Below, one piece after another: positions 11,433-20,863 of a stretch of DNA of 64,000 nucleotides. Every line of letters starts with the position of its first letter. Within the stretch, counting starts at the first letter, position 1. The DNA lies in NCBI GenBank assembly GCA_963773815.1, contig CAVZCI010000003.1:219669-283668 (forward strand). The letters are read 5' to 3'. The notes under the pieces were generated by a model, which saw only the letters and a program-made list of their open reading frames with translations, searched no databases and had not been told where the DNA came from. The position numbers and the translations under genes were made by a program. Source of the DNA: an uncultured Acidobacteriota bacterium (GTDB lineage: Bacteria; Acidobacteriota; Thermoanaerobaculia; UBA5066; DATFVB01).

Positions 11433-12262
11433 CGGAGGCCGTACCTTTTCTCGACCGATTTGACGCCCGCGCGGCGCGCCGCGGCGTCGGGGGACGAGAG
11501 CGCCTCGAAGACCTCGATCCGGAAATGCGTCGCGCGGTCGAGCGCCGCTGCGACGAGCGGATAGGCTTCCGTGAACGCGGGGGCGTACCGCGTGTACCAG
11601 GAAGCCTCGATCGAGTCCGGGGGCTGCTCGACTTCGCGGTCGTAGCGACCGACGCTGGCCTTGACCTTCCAGCGCTGCTCGCGGAAGTTCGCGACGGCAA
11701 GGTCTTCCGCCGACTGGGCAAAGAGCCAGTCGCCTTCGAGCAGGAGCCTCGCGGTTCTGAAATTGCCGAGGCCCGCGTCGATCCCGGCCGGCGCCGGTTC
11801 GGACAACGCGTACCGCGCGCGCCGATAGGCCGTCAGGCTTCGCTCGATCCGGACTTTCGTTTTGATCCCGAGCGCGTCCGTCGCGGCGAGAGCGTCGGCG
11901 ACCTGGCGTTCGAGCCGGTCGGCTTCGAGGATCGCGCCGAAAGCGCGGGGAGCCTCGCGCGAGAAGCGGGGAGCGCACAGCCGGGCGTCGGGCGGAAAAT
12001 CGGGAAGCCGCTGAATCGCCGCGAGAACGGAATCTTCGAGCGCCCCGTCGAGCTCGCGGCTGACTCCCCGGGTCCACGCGTTCTCGAGAGCCCTCCAGCG
12101 CCCGTACCGGATCGCGTTCTCGCGTCCGTCGAGATCGGGAAAGAAGCGGTGGACGGAATGGGAGGAGAGGCCCTGAAACGGAAGCCGGAGGGACGTCTGT
12201 CCGGAGCAGCCGATCCCGAGGAGGAGCGGCAGAAGCGTCAGTCGCAGCGTCGACGCCCTCAT
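11429..12262 (-). CDS. Hypothetical exported protein, possible lipoprotein
   Basis: Hydrophobic N-terminus ending LGIGC; ATGA overlaps on both sides. Confidence 0.6.
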   Translation of the reverse strand: MRASTLRLTLLPLLLGIGCSGQTSLRLPFQGLSSHSVHRFFPDLDGRENAIRYGRWRALENAWTRGVSRELDGALEDSVLAAIQRLPDFPPDARLCAPRFSREAPRAFGAILEADRLERQVADALAATDALGIKTKVRIERSLTAYRRARYALSEPAPAGIDAGLGNFRTARLLLEGDWLFAQSAEDLAVANFREQRWKVKASVGRYDREVEQPPDSIEASWYTRYAPAFTEAYPLVAAALDRATHFRIEVFEALSSPDAAARRAGVKSVEKRYGLR

Positions 12263-13647
12263 GGATTGGAGAATTTTAACCCGTAATCTCCCGGACACCG
12301 ACCGCTCCGGCGGGTGCGCGCGATTGCGAAGAGGAGGATCGCGAGGTTGACGGCGGTTCCCGCGACGACCGGGTCGACGTGAAAGAGGAGTCCGGGGAAA
12401 AATCGTCCGAGCACCGCGGCCGCCCCGCCGGCGAACATCGCCGCGATCGCGGCGCTCGGCGGAACCCAGAGGGCCGGGAAGAAGCCGAAGAGAATCGGCA
12501 GGATCATTCCCGCGGCGAAAATCGAATATCCGAGCTTCAGGGTTTCCACGATTTCCCGCATCCCGAGCGCGACGAGGAGCCCGAGCGCCCCGTAAATCGG
12601 CACGAGGAATCGGGCCGCGCGGAAATCCAGCGCCCGGCCCGCGAGCGGCGCCACGTCGCGGGCGGTCGCCGAGGCCGCCGTCAGGAGCACGGAATCCGCG
12701 GCAGACTGCATGGTCGCGAGCAGGGCGACGGTCGCAAACGACGCGAGAACCCCGGGAGGGAAGGTCGAGAGCGCCGCCGGGAGCGCCTCGGAAGGATTCG
12801 CCCGAGCGAGCCCCGCCGCGCGCGCGGCAAGGGCGATCGCGGCGACCGCGGCCCCGAAGACGACTTTCGACGCGGCCGCGCCGAACGCCGACAGGCGGGC
12901 GGAGCGCTCGTCGCGGCAGGAGAGCAGCTTCGAGTAGATGTCCCCGCCGACCAGGTGGGGAAGTCCGATCAGGAGGAGCCAGCCCGCGACCTCCTTCCAG
13001 CCGAGCGATCGCGACACCGGAAACGTGCCCGCCGCGCCGGGAAGCGCGGCGCGAAAATGCGGCGCGCTCGCGATCGTTCCCACGAGCAGGATGCCGGCGA
13101 TCATGAGCGCGTACTGGACGAGATCGGTCGCGACCACGGCGTACTGCCCCCCGATCGCGGTATACGCGATGAAGACGGCCGCCGAGACGAGAAGCGCCGC
13201 GGTCGGAGGCACGCCGAGCGCGGCCGTGAGCACGATTTGCGAGGCCTCCGTCAGCAGGGCGAACCACGCGATTTCGGCGACGACCACGAGGATTCCCGCC
13301 GCGGCCCGCGCCGAAGGCCCGTAGAAGCGGCCGGCGATTTCCGGGAGAGTGAAGGCGCCCGTGCGGCGCACCCTCCCCGCGAGAAAAACGCCGAGCAGGA
13401 GGAGGCCGATCGCGCCCGAGAGGTCGACCCAGACGCCGGCGAGGCCGTGGCGGTAAACGAGAGCCGCGCAGACGATCGTCGCGGACCCGCCCGTCGTCGT
13501 GGAAGCGAGCGCGGCAAAACCCCTCCAGGGTCCGTACGAACGGTCCGCGACATAGAAGGAGCGCTCGCCCGCGGACGCTTCGCGCCGCGTGGCGAGTCCG
13601 ATCGCGAGCATCGCCGCGAGGTAAACCGCGAGAAAGGCGACGGTCAT
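12259..13647 (-). CDS. Sodium:solute symporter (SSS family)
   Basis: FYVADRS, STTTGGS, RRTGAFTLPEIAGRFYG, YTAIGGQYAVVATDLVQ and AATMQSAADS-like motifs. Confidence 0.9.
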   Translation of the reverse strand: MTVAFLAVYLAAMLAIGLATRREASAGERSFYVADRSYGPWRGFAALASTTTGGSATIVCAALVYRHGLAGVWVDLSGAIGLLLLGVFLAGRVRRTGAFTLPEIAGRFYGPSARAAAGILVVVAEIAWFALLTEASQIVLTAALGVPPTAALLVSAAVFIAYTAIGGQYAVVATDLVQYALMIAGILLVGTIASAPHFRAALPGAAGTFPVSRSLGWKEVAGWLLLIGLPHLVGGDIYSKLLSCRDERSARLSAFGAAASKVVFGAAVAAIALAARAAGLARANPSEALPAALSTFPPGVLASFATVALLATMQSAADSVLLTAASATARDVAPLAGRALDFRAARFLVPIYGALGLLVALGMREIVETLKLGYSIFAAGMILPILFGFFPALWVPPSAAIAAMFAGGAAAVLGRFFPGLLFHVDPVVAGTAVNLAILLFAIARTRRSGRCPGDYGLKFSNP

Positions 13648-13654
13648 GTGCCGG

Positions 13655-14837
13655 TCAAGCGCCGGTCAGGCGGTCGCCGACGGCCCTCGCCGAGGCTTCG
13701 AGGACGAGCGTGCCGATCGCGAGAGCTTTCTCGTCGAAATCGAACACGGGGGAGTGGTGCGGGCGGTGAGGCCCGTCGAGGGCGGATCCGACGAAGAAGA
13801 AGCAACCCGGCACCCGGTCGAGGTAGACGGACATGTCCTCGCCCCCCATCGTCCGGGTCTCCACGATCGAACCGGGGCCGAGGACGCGCTCGATCGCTTC
13901 CGCGACGAGAGCGGAGATGCCGGGGTCGTTGACCGTCGCGCGGTTGATGCGCCGGTAGTCGACGCGGCACGAGAGGCCGTGCGCGGCCGCGACGCCGTTC
14001 GCGATCCTCGAGATCCGCTCCGGGATCGCGCGGAACGCGTCTTCGGAAAAGGAGCGCGCCGTCCCGAGAAGGCGAACCTCTTTCGGAATGATGTTGAACG
14101 CCGAACCGCCGTGGACGGAGCCGATCGTGACGACGGCCGGGTCGAACGGCGACATCTCCCGCGCGACGATGCCCTGGAGCGCTTCGACCAGGCGCGCGGC
14201 CGCGACGATCGGGTCGACCGTCTCGTGCGGCGAGGCGCCGTGGCCGCCCGGCCCCGAAAGGACGACTTCGAACTCGTCGACGGCCGCCATCTGAGGGCCC
14301 GCGACGAGGCCGATCTTTCCGACGGGAAGCTGGTTCCAGAGGTGGATGCCGAGCGCCGCGCCGACCCCTTCGAGCGCGCCGTCCGCGGCCATCGCTTCGG
14401 CCCCTCCCCCTCCCTCTTCCGCCGGCTGGAAGAGCGAGCGGATTCCCGATTGGGGAGGAGCCGCGAGGAGACGGCGCGCGACCGCGAGGCCGACCGCAAC
14501 GTGTCCGTCGTGGCCGCAGGCGTGCATGCGGCCGGACTCCTGCGACGCGTAGGGCACCGCGTTCTCTTCCTTCAAGGGGAGCGCGTCCATATCGGCGCGG
14601 ATCATCAGCCTCGGCGTTCCCGCCTGCCCGAAGTCGCACGTGACGCCCGTTCTTCCGATTCCCTCGCGCGGCGAGAGGCCGAGAGCGCGAATTTCCCGGG
14701 AGACGACCGACGCCGTTCGCGTTTCCGAAAACGCGAGCTCCGGGGTGCCGGTGAAGATCTCTTCGGATCGCGACGAGCGAGGCGAGCTCCGGCTCGGGAA
14801 AGGAATTTGCCGCCGTTCCGGGCATGGGGGCGATCAT
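13655..14837 (-). CDS. M20D family amidohydrolase; two frameshifts near the 5' end
   Basis: RRDLHRHP, RADMDALP, MHACGHDGH, QPAEEG, GGEDMS and HHSP motifs. Confidence 0.92.
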
Positions 14838-15226
14838 AGCTCTCCTTCGAGCCGCTCGATCTTGCCGCGGAGCTCTTCGGAGAACGGTCTCTTCGCGCCG
14901 GCGTTCCAGTCCCACAGCACCTGCGTGCTGCGGGCTTCGGCGACGAGCTCGTCCCCGCGCGTGAGCCGGTAGGAGAAATCGAAGGACGTCTGTCCGATGC
15001 GCGTGCAGTGGATCTCGACTTCGAGCCGATCGCCCATGTAGGCCGGGCGGCGGTACTCGATCGACGCGCTCGCCATGATGAATCCGATGTCGAGGACGCT
15101 CTTGAGCCCGACGAGGCGGTCCCAGTACTTCTGGCGCGCGAACTCGCAATAGCTGAAGTAGACGGCGTTGTTGAGGTGCCCCATGGCGTCGATGTCTCGA
15201 TACGGAACTTCGACGGAGACTTTCAC
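14834..15226 (-). CDS. Hotdog-fold acyl-CoA thioesterase (4HBT/YbgC family)
   Basis: YRDIDAMGHLNNAVYFSY motif; the GTG start overlaps the MFS stop. Confidence 0.9.
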   Translation of the reverse strand: MKVSVEVPYRDIDAMGHLNNAVYFSYCEFARQKYWDRLVGLKSVLDIGFIMASASIEYRRPAYMGDRLEVEIHCTRIGQTSFDFSYRLTRGDELVAEARSTQVLWDWNAGAKRPFSEELRGKIERLEGEL

Positions 15227-16390
15227 TCGTTCTCCGGATTTTCCGCCGGTTTGCCGGAAACCGCCCAGACCGCGAGGGCGGCGGCCGACGCCGCGACGAG
15301 CGCGCCCGTCCACTGCGGCCCCGTCGGCCCGAGGCGGAAATACGCGTACTCCCCCCAGAGGGGGCCGAGGATTCGTCCGAGCGACGACATCGACTGGTAG
15401 GCGCCCAGGACCGTTCCGCGCTCCCGGCTTCCGGAGAGCTTCGAAACGAACGACGAGAGCGCCGGGTTCGCGGCGCCGATTCCGAGCGTCAGGGGGACGC
15501 AGCACGAGCCGCAGGGCGCCCCCGTGCCCGAGAGCGGCATCAGGAAGAGCCCGAGCGCGACGAAAAGAATACCGGCGACCGCGAGCACGGGCTCTCCGAA
15601 GCGCTTCGAAAGGGGGCGAATGGCGCCGCCCTGGACAACCGAGATCAACACGCCGATGTAGACGAAGAAGAACGCGACCGCGGTCGGGTTCGCGCCCATC
15701 CGGTCGTGCAGGAACTGCGAGAACGTCGCTTCGAAGTTCGAGAACGCGAATGTCACGAGGAAAAAGACGACGAGGACGAGGAGAATCCGGCGGTCCCGGA
15801 TGGCCTGGAACATGCCGCGCCGGCTCGCCCTCGCCGGACCCGAGTGCTGCCGGCTCTTCGAGAAAGAACACGGTCGCGAGCAGCGCGCAGGCCGACATGG
15901 CCGCGGCCGCGAGACCGGGCGCCGCCGGGCCCCACAGGACCGTCACGCCCGCGATCGCCGGGCCGAAGATGAATCCCAGGCCGAACGCGGCTCCGACGAC
16001 CCCCATCCCCTTCGCGCGGTCTTCCGGCTTCGTCACGTCGGCGACGTATGCCTGCGCCGTCGAGATGTTGCCGCCCGAGATCCCGTCGATGATTCGCGCG
16101 GCGAACAGCGCGGCGAGGGAGCCGGCGAAAGCGAACAGCACGTACCCCGCGACCGAGCCCGCGAGGGAGACGAGCAGCACCGGCTTTCGCCCGAACCGGT
16201 CGGAGAGGCGGCCGAGGACGGGAGCGAACAGGAACTGCATCGCGGAGAACGACGAAAGCAGGAGCCCGAACTCGAGCGCCGAGGGATGGTACCGCTCGGC
16301 ATAGAGGGGGAGGAGCGGAATCACGATCCCGAACCCCAGCAGGTCGATGAAGACGATCGCGAAGATCGTCATGAGGGGGCGGGACTTCAC
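15223..16390 (-). CDS. MFS transporter, TetA/DHA1-like; frameshift near 15815
   Basis: FIDLLGFGIVIP, GRLSDRFGRKP, GISGGNISTAQAYVAD and AFGLGFIFGP; C-half in a second frame. Confidence 0.92.
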
Positions 16391-16446
16391 GCGGTGAATC
16401 TACCGGAGGGAAGCAGCGTTCGCAAAGCGGATGCGAAGAGTGCCCA

Positions 16447-16618
16447 CCGGCGGGAGGCGGTATGTCCCGTCGGGAAGACGCAGCGGCCACGGGAGTGGCA
16501 TCCTGTCCGGGGCCGCCGCTCGGCCAACTTTTCTCGCAACACCGGTCATCAAGATTTGGACTCTCGTATCCACTCGAAAAGTTACGCTTCCCTCCCGAGA
16601 CACATCGCCACCCGCCGG
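16447..16618. other. Unassigned 172-nt structured intergenic element
   Basis: 20-nt closing stem (16447-16466 with 16599-16618, 17 WC pairs plus 1 GU); internal GCCAC-GGGA-GTGGC hairpin and AACTTTTC/GAAAAGTT stem. Confidence 0.5.
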
Positions 16619-16715
16619 AAGGCGATCCGCCGCGGCCTACCGACGGAATACTCCGCCGCCCGGACCCGGCCCAGCAGAGGCCGCGATAAGATCAACTCTT
16701 CAGAAGGGGGTTCCC

Positions 16716-16964
16716 ATGGAAGACTTCTTGGATCCCGAAACTCCCGCCGGCGCGGCGAACGGCCCGGGCGACGACTCGTCGCTGTGGGAAGAGGCGAAGT
16801 CCAGGAGCCGAATGGCCGGCGAGCGGATCGGCCAGGAGTGGGAGCGTCTGTCCGAGGGCGCTCAGGAATACGCGGACGAGCATTCCGTGGGAGTCGCGCT
16901 CGGCTCCTTCGGCATCGGAATCGCCCTTGGCGTCCTGATCGGGATTCTCGTCGCCCGCGATTAG
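16716..16964 (+). CDS. ElaB/YqjD (DUF883)-like tail-anchored protein
   Basis: 82 aa; helical soluble N-terminus and a C-terminal TM segment (EHSVGVALGSFGIGIALGVLIG); GAAGGGGG RBS. Confidence 0.7.
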   Translation: MEDFLDPETPAGAANGPGDDSSLWEEAKSRSRMAGERIGQEWERLSEGAQEYADEHSVGVALGSFGIGIALGVLIGILVARD

Positions 16965-17317
16965 CGAACCGGCTCGATTTTCACGACGTGAATCTTCCCT
17001 GATTCCGTCTCCAGCGTTCCCAGGATCCGCACGAGCCGATTCGCGAAGCGGCGAGCCGCCTTCTGATCGTCGATCTGGTAGATGTCTCCGGTCGAGTGGT
17101 CGGCGAGAACGTAGTCCTGCCTGTACTTCTCGCAGCACTCCCGCGTGCAGACGAGGTCGTTGGGAAGGTGGTGCTGCTTCTTCATCCGCGCGTGGTCGAG
17201 CCCGCATTCGCTGTCGGACACGATGCCGGAGAACAGCGCCGGGGAATCCGCGGCGGCGGCAAACGTTGGGGTGAAGAGGAGCACGAAAGCGATGAGCGTT
17301 TCCATGGAACTGGCCAT
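16961..17317 (-). CDS. Small secreted OB-fold-like protein (resembles the DUF5818 family)
   Basis: Signal peptide; GIVSDSECG, CTRECC and YVL...IYQIDDQ...GTL pattern. Confidence 0.6.
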   Translation of the reverse strand: MASSMETLIAFVLLFTPTFAAAADSPALFSGIVSDSECGLDHARMKKQHHLPNDLVCTRECCEKYRQDYVLADHSTGDIYQIDDQKAARRFANRLVRILGTLETESGKIHVVKIEPVR

Positions 17318-17364
17318 AGCGCGATTCTAAACCTCCCCACCGAAGGGGGCTTATAATTCCTCGC

Positions 17365-17907
17365 ATGGCCACGACGGCGGTCCGATTCACCTATGCCGAC
17401 TACCTCAATCTTCCGGAGGAGTCTCGATATGAAATTCTCGATGGAGATCTGCTGATGTCGCCTGCACCGACGACGATTCACCAGAGCATCGTGAAGAAGT
17501 TGACTCGTATCCTCGCAAGAATCCTCGAAGATTCCGGGGCGGGCGAAGTGTTCGTCGCGCCTTGCGACGTTATTCTGTCCGATACCGACGTGGTTCAGCC
17601 AGATGTGTTCTTCGTCTCCAGGGAACGTGCACCGATTGTCAAGGAGCGAGGCGTCTTCGGCGCTCCCGACCTCGTCGTTGAAGTCCTTTCCTCCGCGACG
17701 GCGGAGCGCGACCGCACCGTCAAAGCCAAGCTCTACGCTCGCGCGGGAGTCAAGGAGCTCTGGCTCATCGATCCCGAATCGAAGACGATCGAGGTGCTCC
17801 AGCTCGGCGCCGCGGGCTTCGAGCGGAAGGCGCTCGCGAAGTCGGGTGAATCGGCGCAATCACCGACGTTCCCGGATCTACGAGTTCGACTCACAGACGT
17901 GTTCTGA
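17365..17907 (+). CDS. Uma2 (DUF820) family endonuclease
   Basis: YEILDGDLLMSPAP, VQPDVFF, PDLVVEVLS, KLYARAGVKELWLIDP. Confidence 0.93.
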   Translation: MATTAVRFTYADYLNLPEESRYEILDGDLLMSPAPTTIHQSIVKKLTRILARILEDSGAGEVFVAPCDVILSDTDVVQPDVFFVSRERAPIVKERGVFGAPDLVVEVLSSATAERDRTVKAKLYARAGVKELWLIDPESKTIEVLQLGAAGFERKALAKSGESAQSPTFPDLRVRLTDVF

Positions 17908-17926
17908 GGCGGCAACTCACCCCAGG

Positions 17927-18118
17927 TCAGCTCACTGAACGTCCAAAGCCCTTGGAGCCGGAGCCAATCAGCGTGTACTCACCGGCCGGCAGCGGTTGAG
18001 AAGGCGAAATCTTGAAGGATGACGAGCCGTATTTTTCGGCATCGAACGCGATCGACCCCTCGCTCAAAACGGACGAGCCGCCGGTAAATCCAACGGAAGC
18101 CGTTGCCATCTTTCGCAT
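17927..18118 (-). pseudogene. Possible C-terminal gene fragment
   Basis: 63-aa ORF (PLPAGEYTLIG) with visibly lower GC, no RBS and no N-terminal domain. Confidence 0.3.
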
Positions 18119-18216
18119 GCCATGGACGGGGCTTCCACCTCAAGATCTCCGGCCAATCGTGGGGCGCGATCCGGGGGCTCTCCTGTGAAGATCGGACGTG
18201 ATCGCGGGTCCTACTT

Positions 18217-18639
18217 CTAGTCTTTTGCGTTCGCGCACTCCGGGCACGGCGCCCACATGTCGCCGTCCGGGGGGACCGGGTGCTCTTTCGTCTCGAGCCG
18301 ACCGAACGCGCCTCCCTTGATGTGCCACAGGTAGCACTCGTGGCGGAAGCTTTCGAGCGGCGTCGAGGCCACCGTCCAGCCGAACAGAACGTTCTCGCAA
18401 TCGGAACCGCACCGCGCGATCAGCGCCTTGCGCAGGTCGCGCTCGTCGCGGCCCACCGATTCCCGGATTCCTCCGCGCGGAAGGACTTCCTTCAGGTAGA
18501 ACGCTCCGGGCAGCTGCGCGACGACGCAGCGGCGGACGATCTTCTCGGCGAGCCGCTGCGCCTGGTAGATGACGACCTCTTCTTCCAGGCCGGGAAAGAG
18601 CGAGGCCTGAAGAAACGGCTCGGAAACGGCCGCCTTCAA
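18217..18639 (-). CDS. Hypothetical Cys/His-containing protein
   Basis: TTG start overlaps the upstream stop (TTGA); contains HECYLWH and a terminal CPEC. Confidence 0.55.
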   Translation of the reverse strand: MKAAVSEPFLQASLFPGLEEEVVIYQAQRLAEKIVRRCVVAQLPGAFYLKEVLPRGGIRESVGRDERDLRKALIARCGSDCENVLFGWTVASTPLESFRHECYLWHIKGGAFGRLETKEHPVPPDGDMWAPCPECANAKD

Positions 18640-18896
18640 GGTTTGCCGACCGCGCGCAGCGCCTTTCGCCGGACCCGGCCCTCGGGAGAGAGCGCGATCA
18701 TTTCGCCGCACCCCGCGCAGTCGAATTCCGGAGACAGGGCCAGGAGCGAAGAATCGACGCACAGAACCGCGCCGCAGTCGGGACAGGAGACTTCGAAGAA
18801 CTCTCCCAATTCCGAAAAGCGCGAGTGGGGAACCTTGTCGGCGCTGCCGTGACGCAGGGCATAGGGGGGCGCTTCGAACGGTCGGGTTCGGTTCAT
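18636..18896 (-). CDS. Small zinc-ribbon protein
   Basis: GGAGG RBS before the ATG at 18896; CPDCG-x17-CAGCG. Confidence 0.6.
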   Translation of the reverse strand: MNRTRPFEAPPYALRHGSADKVPHSRFSELGEFFEVSCPDCGAVLCVDSSLLALSPEFDCAGCGEMIALSPEGRVRRKALRAVGKP

Positions 18897-18905
18897 CGGA
18901 TCCTC

Positions 18906-18919
18906 CATTTTCGAAAATG
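18906..18919. promoter_or_regulatory. Perfect 14-bp palindrome, candidate operator
   Basis: CATTTTCGAAAATG, adjacent to the RBS of the zinc-ribbon gene. Confidence 0.4.
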
Positions 18920-19025
18920 AGGGCTCGCCCGCAAGATTGAGGGGAGAGCGGCTTGGAAAGATCGCCTCGAGTTCCGGGAGGTGCGGAGTCATGCCGTTAA
19001 TCCTCTCGAACGCGACAGCTGAGTG

Positions 19026-20387
19026 TCAGTTCATTGTAGGTTGTCCCGGCCGAAATCGCAACGAAAAACGTTCGAAGTACGGCGAGATCCGCGCTCCCAG
19101 CACGAGGAAGAAAACGGGAAGGAGGGCGAGCGTGATGCGACCGAACGTCCACTGCAGGAAGAGGGTGGCGTCGGACCAGGCCGAGGCCGCCGGAGCGACG
19201 GCATACAGCGCGACCATCAGCGCGAGCGGAAGCAGGAGCAGGTCCGCCACCGTCGCGCGCGTGAGGAGGAGGATCAGGGCGCAAGCGAGGATCACGGGCG
19301 AGGGACGGAACGAGGATCGAGTGAAGCAGGCTGACTTCCGTTCCCTGGAGCCTGCGGAGAAAGCTCGGAAGGCCCCTCCGGGCGATCAGCGACCACTGGA
19401 AAGACGAGTCGGCGGCCGGCCCCCGGAGCCACCGCATGGCCGCCTGGTGGAGGATCGGGACCGCGGCGAGAACGGCCGCCCCGCCGAGAGCGTTTTGCTT
19501 TCGGAGAGCCAGGCGCCGCCGAGCAGCAGTGTCGCGACGGCGAGGAAGATCAGAAATACCGCCCCCTCTCTCTTCATGCCCGGAGCAGAAGAGCGCGGCG
19601 AGCAGGAGCTCACGGACGGGCGCGGGGCCTTCCGAGAGGAGGACGTCGAGGAGCGCGCACCCGGCGAGCGCGTAACCGAGCGCCATCGGGATTTCGGCCA
19701 GGCCGACGAGGAAGCTTTGGTAGAGCGGGAAGAGCCCCGCCGTCAGGACGACGGCGGCGGCCGCCGCCCCCGGCCCGTACCGCCGCCGCAGGAATCCCCC
19801 GATCAGGAGAAGGGTCGCGAGCTCGAAGGCGGGGTAAAGAAGCGCGAGCGCCTGGGAGTCCCAGCCGCCGGCGAGCGTCGAGAGCCCGGCGAAGAGCGCG
19901 GGAAGAAGCAGGGGGTACGACGGATGGAGGAATGCGAGTCCGGGGTCGCGAAAGAATCGAGCGGGCAGACCGCCGGAGAGGAAGAGCGTCTTTCCCTTCA
20001 GCCCCCAGAGGGCGATGAAGTCCCAGGCCCACATGGGTTCGGAGAGGGCGAGGACGGCGAAGAGCGCGACGCCGAGTAGAGCGATCGCCCAGGCTGCCGT
20101 TCCGACCCGTGTCGGGACCACGGCCGGCCGGGGCCGGCCCGCCGCGCGGCTGCGGAACGCGAGCGCCGCCGCGGCGATCAGTACCCAGAGCTTCCACGGG
20201 GCGGGTCGAATGCCGAGCAGAGCGAGGGTCCCCTCGGCGCCGCCGAGCGAAAGGAGGCCGGCGACCCACGCCCAGGCGGCGCGCTCGGCCCGGGAAAGGT
20301 CCGGCAGCCCGCGGACGAGCGGGAACCCGAAGACGCCGACCGCGCGAGAATCGCGGCCATTTCCGCGAGATCGCGGGCGGCCCTCAC
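19026..20387 (-). CDS. Polytopic membrane protein, GT-C/ArnT-like glycosyltransferase; several frameshifts
   Basis: Many TM helices; WAWDFIALWGLKGK and HPSYPLLLP loop motifs typical of lipid-carrier glycosyltransferases. Reconstructed from three frames. Confidence 0.6.
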
Positions 20388-20800
20388 CGCAGCGCGCTCA
20401 CGGTCCCGCCCGGGACCTCCCACGCAACGCGGTCCGGGGGCTTCGCTGCGGAACCGTAGACCGCGAGAAAGTCCGCCTTCGCGCCGTCCTGGAGCTCGAC
20501 GACGGGTCGGGGCGCGAGCACGTAGTGGGCGGTGTAGAGGTAGAGCCGGGTCGTCGCCGGCAGGGACACCGCGACCGAAGCGCCCGGAGGCACGTGCCGC
20601 GCGACGCCTTCCAGAAAGAGCCCGAAGGGCGGGTCGAACTCGTACATCGAGCCGCTCCGCTCCGCGACCTCGACCGGAAGCCCCGCGAGCTTCGGAAACT
20701 GAGCGGCCCGTTGCTTGAGCTCCCATCGGCGAAAGCTCGCCGCTTCGAAAAAGAGAAGACAGGCCACACTCAGGGCGAGGACAATTTCTCGGGCTCGCAC
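20384..20800 (-). CDS. Membrane-anchored hypothetical protein coupled to the GT-C-like gene
   Basis: N-terminal TM segment; HYVLAPRPV motif; GTGA overlap with the next gene. Confidence 0.55.
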   Translation of the reverse strand: MRAREIVLALSVACLLFFEAASFRRWELKQRAAQFPKLAGLPVEVAERSGSMYEFDPPFGLFLEGVARHVPPGASVAVSLPATTRLYLYTAHYVLAPRPVVELQDGAKADFLAVYGSAAKPPDRVAWEVPGGTVSALR

Positions 20801-20863
20801 GTTGGGGCAATAGTAGCAGCCCGGCATGCGCGCCCTTTTGTTAAGATCGCCCGGGAGGCGCAC

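Noticed and set aside
14834-16390. MFS-thioesterase fusion ORF
   Set aside because: Frameshift near 15815; the MFS C-half ends at 15223 and the thioesterase has its own GTG.
16400-16500. c-di-GMP-I or cobalamin riboswitch
   Set aside because: Only isolated fragments (CGCAAAGC, GGGAAG) are present; the required flanking motifs and order are missing.
18636-18896. LysW amino-group carrier protein
   Set aside because: The zinc ribbon is similar, but the C-terminal EDWGE motif and lys/arg genes are absent.
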